From Octopus sinensis (lineage: Eukaryota), in contig NW_021824686.1 of NCBI RefSeq assembly GCF_006345805.1, positions 1-36,709 of the forward strand: DNA of 36,709 nucleotides, given 5' to 3'. Positions 12,847-22,899 of this stretch are shown in pieces. Position numbers and translations under genes: made by a program. Below the pieces are notes generated by a model. The model did no database searches, had not been told where the DNA came from, and saw only the letters and a list, made by a program, of their open reading frames with translations. Numbering within the stretch: position 1 is the stretch's first letter; every line of letters begins with the position of its first letter.

Positions 12847-13078
12847 TATATATCCCAGCGCGCATGTGTGTGTGTGTGTGTGCGTGTTCATAAACGTGTA
12901 TGTGTGTGTCGAAAATAAGCAAGAAGAATCAAAATCAGTTGAGGGACAAGTTTTAAGAGAGTTCTTATTCGTATAACTCTTGAAAGGAAGGGAAAGATCT
13001 TTGACGTTTCAGAATGGAATGCTTCATCAAAAAAAGGGAAAAAACAGAGAAAGTGATAGAACAAAGAACAACGAGTGT

Positions 13079-13127
<49 letters not shown>

Positions 13128-13425
13128 GTGCGAACATTTAGTGGAAGTTACATGTGTTATTTAAAACAGTTTGATTCGATTCCTTGCTACTTCCACATGC
13201 TTCTAATGGAAGTCCGACTTCTTAAGAATTTGGAATGCCGAAATCCAAAGCCTGAAAAAGTCGCGCTCCCATTAATGACCTCTAACACTTGAAGTAGCAA
13301 GGAACCGGATCAAACTGTTTTAAATAATGTATATATATTACAAATGTTCACACTTTTATACAAGTTAAATCTAGTTCGTTCATAATGGTATGTATAAATA
13401 TTTATAATTATGTACTTTCGGTTAT

Positions 13426-13483
13426 GTCATACTGAGGACAGTAAATTGGTATTACATCCCTAAACCAGAAATCGATCTATGGC
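13426..13483 (+). ncRNA. Minimal type-I hammerhead-like motif
   Basis: GUCAUA-CUGAGGA-(cagtaaat UGGU..ACCA)-GAAA-UCGA-UC-UAUGGC. Stem I pairs 6/6 with one G-U; stem III is the palindrome AUCGAU; the base of stem II is irregular. Confidence 0.5.
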
Positions 13484-13727
13484 TAAACTTTTTGAAAAAT
13501 CTTTTTTGTTTATTATCTCGCTTTCAGCCCGTGTCTAAGTGATAATTAAGGTAGTTTTAGGGCCATCAGCATGTGGCAATCTTATAATTTCATTCATAAA
13601 ATTAAATACTTTGTATTAATTTTTACGTAAATGTTTTTTTAGATGCTAGCTTCTTGATAAAATTTTATATAGATTTTATCCTGGATTATAATGATACACC
13701 TATATATATATATATATAAAATTAATT

Positions 13728-13782
<55 letters not shown>

Positions 13783-14049
13783 AATTAATTGGTAGATATA
13801 TATATATATATATATATATATAGGGGTAGCAAATTTTTACAAATTTCACTACCATGGCCTAGCATGTATAAAAAAGTCAACAGACAACATATTATTCAAT
13901 ATAAAATGTTGTACATTTAAACACAAAAAGAAATTACCTGTAACAGGCAATTTCTACCTGCTTGGAGACAGTCATAACGACCGAAAAACCACAAAATTTA
14001 AGCAATTTCAAAGGGAATGAAAAAATAATATATTTATACCTTGTTTTTA

Positions 14050-14132
14050 CGGTTATACCTATAGGATTCGGATTTTTTACCAAATAAAATAATTTAAATT
14101 GAATTTACTAGGGAATTCCTCATCAGTAACCG
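14050..14132 (-). ncRNA. Type-I hammerhead ribozyme-like motif (GAAU core variant)
   Basis: Minus strand: CGGUUA-CUGAUGA-GGA..UCC-GAAU-CCUAUAGG-UA-UAACCG. 6-bp stem I and palindromic stem III; the conserved A15.1 is U. Confidence 0.6.
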
Positions 14133-14532
14133 AGCCATCCAAGACTAACCTATAATTATGAGACCAATAGCACGTGTCTCATCTTTGTATGTTATAGTTT
14201 TTTTTTCAAAATCTACTACGCAAGCGAAGTTTCAATCAGCAGAAAAAGAAAAATGCCGAAACGAAGTTTGAAAAGCTATTATCGATACATTAGATATCTA
14301 TATAGAGTAGTTAATTTTTACAAATTCTCTACCAGTGGCCTAGCATGTATAAAAATTCATAGGCCAACATATTATTCAATATAAAGAAATGTTGTACATT
14401 TAAACACAAAAAAGAAATACCTGTAACGGCATTTCTAACCTGCTTGGAGACAGTCATAACGACCGAAAAACCACAAAATTTAAGCAATTTCAAAGGGAAT
14501 GAAAAATAATATATTTATACCTTGTTTTTAAA

Positions 14533-14615
14533 CGGTTATACCTATGGATTCGGATTTTTTAACCAAATAAAATAATTTAAATTGAATTTACTAGGGAATT
14601 CCTCATCAGTAACCG
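14533..14615 (-). ncRNA. Type-I hammerhead ribozyme-like motif, second unit
   Basis: Same motif 483 bp away; stem III has lost one base (CCAUAGG). Confidence 0.55.
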
Positions 14616-14951
14616 AGCCATCCAAGACTAACCTATAATTATGAGACCAATAGCACGTGTCTCATCTTTGTATGTTATAGTTTTTTTTTCAAAATCTACT
14701 ACGCAAGCGAAGTTTCAATCAGCAGAAAAAGAAAAATGCCGAAACGAAGTTTGAAAAGCTATTATCGATACATTAGATATCTATATAGAGTAGTTAATTT
14801 TTACAAATTTCTCTACCAGTGGCCTAGCATGTATAAAAATTCAATAGGCAACATATTATTCAATATAAAGAAATGTTGTACATTTAAACACAAAGAGAAA
14901 TTACCTATAACAGACAATTTCTCTTTGTGTTTAAATGTACACTATTTTATA

Positions 14952-14999
<48 letters not shown>

Positions 15000-15324
15000 C
15001 ACCTGTGATTTGTGGTTTTTTGCCGCCTACTCAAGAATTATAGTAAATGATCCAGAAAAACTCAGGCAAACTGAGTCCTCAACTTGTTCCATTCGTTGGA
15101 AGGTTTGCAAGGCGTCAGGAATATATGGAGCCGCAAATATTACTGCTTTATATAAATCTACATTCATTTTGTTTTTGTTATGAACAGGCAATCTCAGTCA
15201 ATTATAGGCCATGAAAATGTGGTAAGCGGCCCTGTGACTCCGAGGACCCAAGGGAATAATGTCCAGAGATTTGATGATTACGATGATGATGGAGATGATG
15301 GAGATCATCATTGTGATCATGTAA

Positions 15325-15485
15325 GTCGATGCCATCAATCCTAGTAGTACTTTTTAATGTTATTTTAAGCTTTCGACCCCGAAATGTTGAAAGGCAGAGT
15401 TGACCTTGGCGGGATTTGAACTGAGAATGCAAAACAGTCGGAAGGCATTTTGTGCGGCGCTCTACCGATTCTACCAGCTCACTGC
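15325..15485 (-). mobile_element. Degenerate SINE, same family as 5452
   Basis: Reverse complement has GAGCTGGTAGAATCGGTAG..AGTTCAAATCCCGCCAAGGTCAACTCTGCCTTTCA..GGGGTCGA. Confidence 0.75.
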
Positions 15486-15503
15486 TATACTGACTGCTAT
15501 TTC

Positions 15504-15547
<44 letters not shown>

Positions 15548-15739
15548 TAGTAGTAGTAGTGTAGTAGTAGTAGGTGGAGGAGGAGGAGGAGGTGGAGGGA
15601 AGAGGATAAGAAGGAGGAAGAGGAGGAGGAAGAGAAGAAGAAGGAGGAGGGGGGGGAAGAAGAAGAAGAAGAAGAAGAAGAAGGAGGGGTAGGAGGGGAG
15701 GAAGGACGAGAGGAGTGGGAGGAGGAGGTGGAGCTGTAC

Positions 15740-16000
15740 TTCTGTGTCACGTGACAACGTGATGCAACAAACACGCTGCCTGTTCCGTGGCGATTTAAAA
15801 TGGCTGCCGCTGTCGCTGTTTCGTCCTTTTTAATGGCGTAGAGAAGTGGCCGAGAGAAACCTGCAACGTTTGACAGAAATAATGAAGTTGAAGAGAAGAA
15901 ACGAAGATGCGGAGCTTAACAATGGGACACTCGTAATTGGACGACAGGATAAAAGTGAAGCAATCAAGTAGCGACATCTATGATTGGTCACGTGCTGCTT
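15740..16000. promoter_or_regulatory. Candidate promoter/enhancer motif cluster
   Basis: GTCACGTGAC (15746-15755), YY1-like AAAATGGCTGCC (15797-15808), ATTGG abutting GTCACGTG (15983-15994), in a CpG-richer non-microsatellite block. Confidence 0.3.
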
Positions 16001-16051
16001 GTGACACTCACATGATGAAAGGACATTGTCAGTAACCCTGCAATCTCCACT

Positions 16052-16089
<38 letters not shown>

Positions 16090-16289
16090 TGTGTGTGTGT
16101 GTTTGTGTGCGTGCGTGTGTGCGTGTGTGCGTGTGTGCGTGTGCGCGCGCGCGTATATATGTGTATATATATATAAATTCACACACATCCACAGATAGAC
16201 ATATATATATAGATATAGATATAGATATATATCTATATATATCATATATAGATAGATATAGATATGTATAGAATATTGATCGTGCGATC

Positions 16290-16331
<42 letters not shown>

Positions 16332-16419
16332 AATAATATATAGATAGATATATATATTTAGAGATATATATATAGATATAGATATAGATTATACTGTGTG
16401 AGCATATATATATTCATAT

Positions 16420-16451
<32 letters not shown>

Positions 16452-16809
16452 CATGTGTATATGTGTGTGGTGTACGTATATATGAAGTGCTAACAGAGAC
16501 ACTTGTTAGCCAATATCAAAGACAGAAGTGAGATGTTTAAAATGACGAGAATTAATATTATTTATTTATTGAATAGTATCATTACTCGTTGCAGTGTGTC
16601 GACAGCTAACGGTCTTGTCAAATGAATACATATATGTAGGAGATGCTATATACGTGTGCATGTATGTGTACATATAGAGATATATGTGTGTGTGTGTGCG
16701 CGCGAATGTATGTGTGTGTGTGTGTTAAAGAATGGATGAAGAAAATATTGTAAGTCGAGGAGAAACGGAAAATTTGCACTTCAAATTTATCACACTTGAA
16801 TTTCCTTTC

Positions 16810-16830
16810 TAGTAGTAGTAATAGTAGTAT

Positions 16831-16903
<73 letters not shown>
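16810..16903. repeat. (TAG)n microsatellite; another at about 15504-15572
   Basis: Direct reading. Confidence 0.95.
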
Positions 16904-16905
<2 letters not shown>

Positions 16906-17374
16906 ATATAGTTTGACACCGATAATGAAATAACAGGGAAGAAAGAGCGATAAAGAGAGAGGAGGAGAGCTATAGGGAGGGAAGGGTGAGGAGAGGAGGG
17001 AAGGGATAGGAGAGGGAGAGAAGGGAGAGGAGAGGAAGCAGGGGAAGGGAGAGGGATGGAAGGAGGGGTGGAAAGAGGGAGAGAGGGAGGGAGGGGAGAG
17101 GCTTTCTGTTGCCAGTGGTGTTTAGGGAGAAAACACACGCAATGAGAAAGCAAGGTGAACGAATGTTAGTGGTAGGGGTAGGGTCAACAGAAATAGAAAA
17201 AAAATTATCAAAATGAGAAACTGGAGGAGAAATGACAGGCGTATCACTAATGAAGATATACATTCGTCTTTATCATCATCATCACCACCACCACCACCAT
17301 CACCATTCGCCTTCTCCTCTTTATCATCAACATCCTCATTATCATTATTATTATTGTTATTATTATTACTATCA

Positions 17375-17412
<38 letters not shown>

Positions 17413-17413
17413 G

Positions 17414-17905
17414 AGTGAGAGAGCAGTGCATGCCATCGAAGTGACGTTGGGGTACAAATATACGAAGCCCAGTATACCCAGCAGGACTACCCGTCTCATA
17501 AGGGTACATCACAACGATATGTGCGCGACATGGTGATCTCATATCTTTGCAGGTGGGGCCCAGTTAGAATTTTCTTCTGGTCGAGTAACCCATCCCGCTC
17601 AAAAGGTCCCTGAATAAGGATTGTTTAAGGATGTTGAACGAAACACCCATGTTTCCAAAGAATCCTTCTGGATGCTCCCCCCACTACTTCTGCTCATGAT
17701 CAGAGAGGCACATATCGTCAGCCACTAAGGGACATGGTCAACTGGTTATGGTCAAACAACTGACAAGCAAATCTGTGGTATTGAGCAGAATATTTGCTGT
17801 AGCCCATCCTTTATACCAAGACAAAACAATGTACATGATAACACTTCCAATCAGTTAAGATCAGAAGCCATGAGAGCCACTGCCTGGTACTGCATCGGGG
17901 CATTT
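17414..17905 (-). mobile_element. Interspersed repeat, probably the 5' UTR of an RTE-type LINE
   Basis: Non-coding block sharply bounded by (TTA)n and (TTG)n. Assignment from recalled resemblance only; no ORF support. Confidence 0.35.
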
Positions 17906-17917
17906 ATTTTTGTTACT

Positions 17918-17928
17918 GCTGCTGCTGC

Positions 17929-17969
<41 letters not shown>

Positions 17970-18128
17970 GTTGTTCGTTGTTTGTTGTTGTTGTTTGTTC
18001 TTGGTCCGTTGTTTGTTCTTCTTGTTTGTTGTTGTTGTTGTTGTTATTATAATTTTTATTATGATTGTCGTTGTCGATGTCGTTTTCGTTTTCGTTGTCG
18101 CTGTTATTATTTACTATTATTTATTATA

Positions 18129-18214
<86 letters not shown>

Positions 18215-18227
18215 CATTATTATTATT
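17918..18227. repeat. (TTG)n grading into (TTA)n, the tail/target of the family A element
   Basis: Direct reading. Confidence 0.95.
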
Positions 18228-21200
18228 CAGTAGTATATTTTTTATAGCGTGCTTTCACTTCACTGCCGAGCGCAGCTCTGTGTGCCTTGGGTATGTGCTG
18301 TGATTTGTTGTGATTCTCTGATGGTTATTGTATGAAAAGTGTTCTGCGTTGGATGTGTGCAGTGCCTAGCAGTGCAATTTTCCGTGTGTTATATGTATTT
18401 GTAAGTCCTGATGTTTTTGTTGTGTATTTGTCTGAATATTTTTTTTATCATACCTAATGCTCCTACTATGATAGGAATTGTTTCTGTTTTTAGATTCCAC
18501 ATTCTGGTTACCTCTATTTCCAGGTCTTTGTATTTTGAAAGTTTCTCCATTTCTTTTAGAGAAACGTTGTCATCTGCTGGTATTGATACATCAATTAGAA
18601 AGCATTTTTTTCTTCATGATCTCTGACAACTATATCTGGCCTGTTGGCCTTAATTTCTCTATCTGTGTGTATCGGCATATCCCAGAGTATGGTTGCTTTC
18701 TCGTTTTCTGTGACCTTTTCCGGTGTGTGCCTATACCATCTTTTTTTTTGTTGTTATTCCATAATGTTGGCATAGCTTCCGATGTATGTAGGTCCCAACT
18801 CTGTCGTGTCTGTGAATATATTCCTTCTTAGCCAGGACTGGGCAGCCAGAGATAATATGATTTATTGTTTCTTGTCCATCACATATTCCGCAGTTACTTG
18901 TTATATTTCTTTTCATTACATGTTTTTGGTAATTTCTGGTGGGGAGACTTTGGTCTTGCAATTAAAAATCCCTCTGTTTCTGCTTTGAGTCCTGAGCTTC
19001 TCAACCATTGCTGGGATTTTTCTTTGTCTATTTCTTTTGCATTTAGTTTAGTCCAGTATTTACCATGAAGGGGCTTTTCTTGCCATCGTTTTATCATGGT
19101 TCGTTGCTGTTCTATTTTTAGTTTGGATTTCATTTGTTTTATAGCTTTTGTTGTTTCTTCATCTTCCTCTTCTTCTTCTTCATATTTGTTAGGTGGTATG
19201 ATTTCTTGTTTGTATTTGTCAGCTTCCTTAAATACCGAGAACAGCTTTTTGTTTTGCTCGTGTTTTGCAGCTATTTGTATCAGTTTTCCTTCCTTCTGAA
19301 GTAGATATTTTTGCAATACTATGGTGGTTATTTTATAGTAGTCTTCCAGCTGTATAAAGCCTCTACCACCTTCTATACGTTGTATATATAGCCTTTCTAT
19401 GTCAGATTTTGGGTGATGCATCCTAGATCCTGTCATTATTTTTCTTGTTTTCCTATCTATTTTGGTTAGTTCATTTAGTGTCCAGTTAAGGATATTGTAG
19501 CTGTAACTTACAACTGGAACAACTAAGGTGTTAATACATATTATCTTGTTTTTAGCATTTGCTCTGTTTTTAGTATTGATCTAACTCGTCTGTAATATTA
19601 TTTTTTATTTTCTCTTTCATTTGTGTGTGTTGCGTCTTATCTAGTTCATGGATTCCTAAATATTTGTAAGTTTGGCTTTGGTCTAAATCACTTATTTCAT
19701 TGGCTTTATCTAATGTGATGTTGCTACTCTTAACTAGTTTTCCTCTTTTCAGGGTTACTTTGGCACATTTTTCTAATCCAAATTTCATATCTATTTCTTT
19801 GGTAAACCCATGAACTGTCTTTAGTAGTGTTTCCAACTGTTTGTCATTTGTAGCGTATAATTTTAGGTCATCCATATATAAAAGGTGGATGATCGTTTTG
19901 CCGTAACATTTATATCCGCATCCAATTCTGTTTAGCATATCTGATAGAGGTGACAGTGCCAAGCAGAAAAGGAGTGGAGAGAGCGTGTCTCCCTGGAATA
20001 TTCCTCTACTAATGGGTATTGCTTTGGTTTTCATGAGTCCCTCTTTTGTTTGGAGCTGTCCTATGTATTTTATAATTGTTGGTGCTACTTTGTTAATGGC
20101 TAGTGTTTCGAGGATCCATGTGTGGGATGCTATCAAACGCCTTTCTGTAGTCGATCCAGGCCATACTGAGGCCTTTCTTCTTTTTGTGGCTGTCTTCAGT
20201 TATGGCTTTATTGATCATTATTTGATCTTTACAGCCATATGACCCTTTGCGGCATCCTTTCTGCTCTTCTGGAAACAGGTGTTTTCGTCCAGGTGCTTGT
20301 TTAATCTTTGTGATATTTCTGCAGTAAATGCTTTGTACATTGTAGGGAGACAGGTTATAGGTCTGTAGTTTTCTGGTTTTGCTGTCTCGTGAGCCATTCA
20401 GGCATTGTCTCTGGCTCTGCTAGCATGTTGTTAAAGTTTTCAGCCAGCTTTTTGTGCATTCCTGTTAGATGTTTCAACCAGAAGTTGGGGATCTTGTCAT
20501 GCCCAGGTGCCTTCCAGTTGCTTAGTCTTTGCAGTGCCTGGGTGACCTCTTCAGTTGTTATGGGGTCCAAAGTTGCTCAGGTGCTGAGTCTGTTGTTTTA
20601 ATACTCCTTTTTTTTGTTGTTCATTCGCGGACCATATTTCTTTCCAGAGTTCTTCCACTTCTTCTGCCGTTGGTGCTGCAGTGATGTCTATTTTATTTTT
20701 GCACAGTTCTTGGTAGAACTTTTTGGGGTTGGAGTTGAACTGTTTGTTTTGTTCAAAGAAACGTTGGTGTTTCTCGTACCGGCGGATCATTTAGCTTTGG
20801 CACGGATATCTTGCTTTAGCTTTTCTTTTATCTCAGGTAAATCTTTTTCTGTGGTGTTGTATTTGCGGAGTATTTTTGTTTTCTTTTTGTTGCTTAGTAG
20901 CGTTGATTGTCTACTGATTTCATTAAGAATCGACAGATGTTTTCTCATTTTTTAATTTTCTTTTGGATGTTATTTATCCACAGGGTTTGTTTGGGTGGTG
21001 GTACTCCTGTTTGGATGGGTTTGTGGGAGTATCCAGCTTCTTTTGTGACTGCAGTGGCTTCTGCATATACTAAGTCATTTAGCTCAGTGATATCGCTATT
21101 TGTTTCAGTGGCTATTAGTTCTGTGACCGCTCGGTTTATGCTGTTTATAATTGATGTTGTTGTTTTGTCCATTTTGATTTTTGGGAGGTATGGTCGGTGG

Positions 21201-22200
21201 TCTATTTTGAGATCTGTGTTTTTCAGTTCTTTGATTATTCTACTTTTTATGGTATCATAATCATTAGGCTCCCCTTCGTTGTTACCAGGTTTTAGATTTG
21301 TGTCGCTTTTTTTCTCATTCGTATGTTTGTCTATCGTGTTTTGGCTTGCTGCTTGTCGTGCATTATTATGCATCCTTACCGTCTGGGCTTGTTGTTTTTT
21401 GTTTACATCGTTTTTGTTGGAAATGTTACGTTTGTCTTCGTGTTTTACTATCTCAGTGTTCATATTATGTGGCATTGTTGTGTGGATTCTATCTACATTT
21501 TCCTGATGTATTTTTTTCTTTTAAATGTTCTATTTCTATTTCTGATATTTTTTTTGCGTTGAGAATATATCTTCGTACGTTAGCTAGATTATTAGGGTTC
21601 ATTGCTGTATCCAAGACTTTATTTATGTTATTTTTATTCCATATTTTATATGTATATGTTGTTGTGTTTTAGTTCTTTGGTTAGAGCACTGCTGTAATGT
21701 AAGCGTGTAGGATTGAAATCGTGTAGGATTATATCGATAGTATCAATCATAGATTCATGTTTACTAATCGCCATTCTCCTGTTTTGTTTTTTTTCTTTTT
21801 CTTTTTTCAGATGTTTAAACATAAAGAAACTCCATCCAATTTTGCAGCCAGTCAGGTTCCGGCTCCAGTCTTTTCACACGGAATTCCTCACCAAAACCAA
21901 ACTTCGAACTGCAACGAAGAACTTCTACCAATATCTCATGCATTAAAACCATCTCTGGGTTAATTCTAACTTCTCTTCTATCCATGGTAACATCGCAAAT
22001 GTTTGTTGTTGTTGTTGTTTCCATTAAAAATATCACTTAAAAGGAAGCGCAGAAAAATATATTAAATACCTGCGAACAGACTACGTGAAAAGAATGAAAG
22101 TTTTCAGGACAAACTAAAGTTTGTTTTGTTTTTTCTAATTGTGATTGTGATGATGCGAATGTAAAGATTTGACAATAAGGTCGAGCTGTGCAGTGAATAA
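18228..22200 (-). mobile_element. Near-full-length degenerate R4/Dong-type non-LTR retrotransposon (family A), RT + CCHC + RLE
   Basis: Collinear minus-strand ORF fragments: N-terminal NLANVRRYIL; WKAPGHDKIPNFWLK; RT GIFQGDTLSPLLFCL and HLLYMDDLKLY (19570-20136); HPKSDIERLY..GGRG; CGICDGQETINHIISGC..RHD knuckle; RPDIVV..FLIDVSIP..KYKDL endonuclease. The 3' UTR runs into (TAA)n at 18227. Many frameshifts; 5' boundary approximate. Confidence 0.93.
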
Positions 22201-22209
22201 ATCATACTA

Positions 22210-22820
22210 GAAGAAGAAGAAGAAGAAGAAGAAGAAGAAGGAGAAGAAGGAGGAGGGGAGGAGGAGGAGAAGAAGAAGAAGAAGAAGACGAAGAAGACGA
22301 AGAAGAAGAAGAAGAAGAAGAAGAAGGAGGAGGAGAAGAAGGAGGAGGAAAAAGAGGAGCTGGGGAGGGGAAGAGAAGGAGAAGAAGAAGGAGGAGAAGG
22401 AGGAGGATGAGGGGGAGAGAAGGAGAAGAGAAGGAGAAGAAGAAGAAGAAGAAGGAGGAGGAGGAGGAGGGGAGGAGGGGAGGAGGGGGTGGAGGGGGAG
22501 GAGGAGGAAAGGAGGAGCTGGGGTGGGGAAGAGAAGGAGAAGAAGGAGAAGAAGGAGAAGAAGAAGGAGAAGGAGAAGGAGGAGAAGGAGGAGGAGGAGG
22601 GGGAGAGAAGGAGAAGAGAAGAAGAAGAAGGAGGAGGAGGAGGAGGAGGAGGAAAAGGAGGAGCTGGGGAGGGGAAGAGAAGGAGAAGAAGAAGAAGAAG
22701 AAGAAGAAGGAGAAGGAGAAGGAGAAGGAGAAGGAGAAGGAGAAGGAGGAGGGGAGAGAAGGAGAAGAGGAGGAGAAGAAGAAGAAGAAGAAGAAGAGAA
22801 GAAGAAGAAGAAGAAGAAGA
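22210..22820 (+). repeat. Polypurine (GAA/GGA) tract with higher-order units
   Basis: About 610 bp almost purely A/G; GGAGCTGGGG recurs near 22356, 22514 and 22660. Confidence 0.95.
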
Positions 22821-22899
22821 TATACAATGCCGTTACCACTTGTACCACCACCATCCAAGTGGAAGTAGCTCGGAGACTACATGATTGTTCAGTCTTCTG

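Larger units (their letters stand above)
13819..14941 (-). repeat. 483-bp tandem repeat (about 2.3 units) in TA microsatellite, one hammerhead-like motif per full unit; Penelope-like pLTR or retrozyme candidate
   Basis: Units start at about 13819, 14301 and 14784 and are near-identical. (TA)n on both sides. Ends in a 26-bp inverted repeat. Confidence 0.85.

Noticed and set aside
13702-13800. Duplicated AAATTAATTGGTA within a TA tract (similar case ACTTAAGTATG at about 32812-32840)
   Set aside because: Explained by slippage or assembly noise; not a spacer-bearing array.
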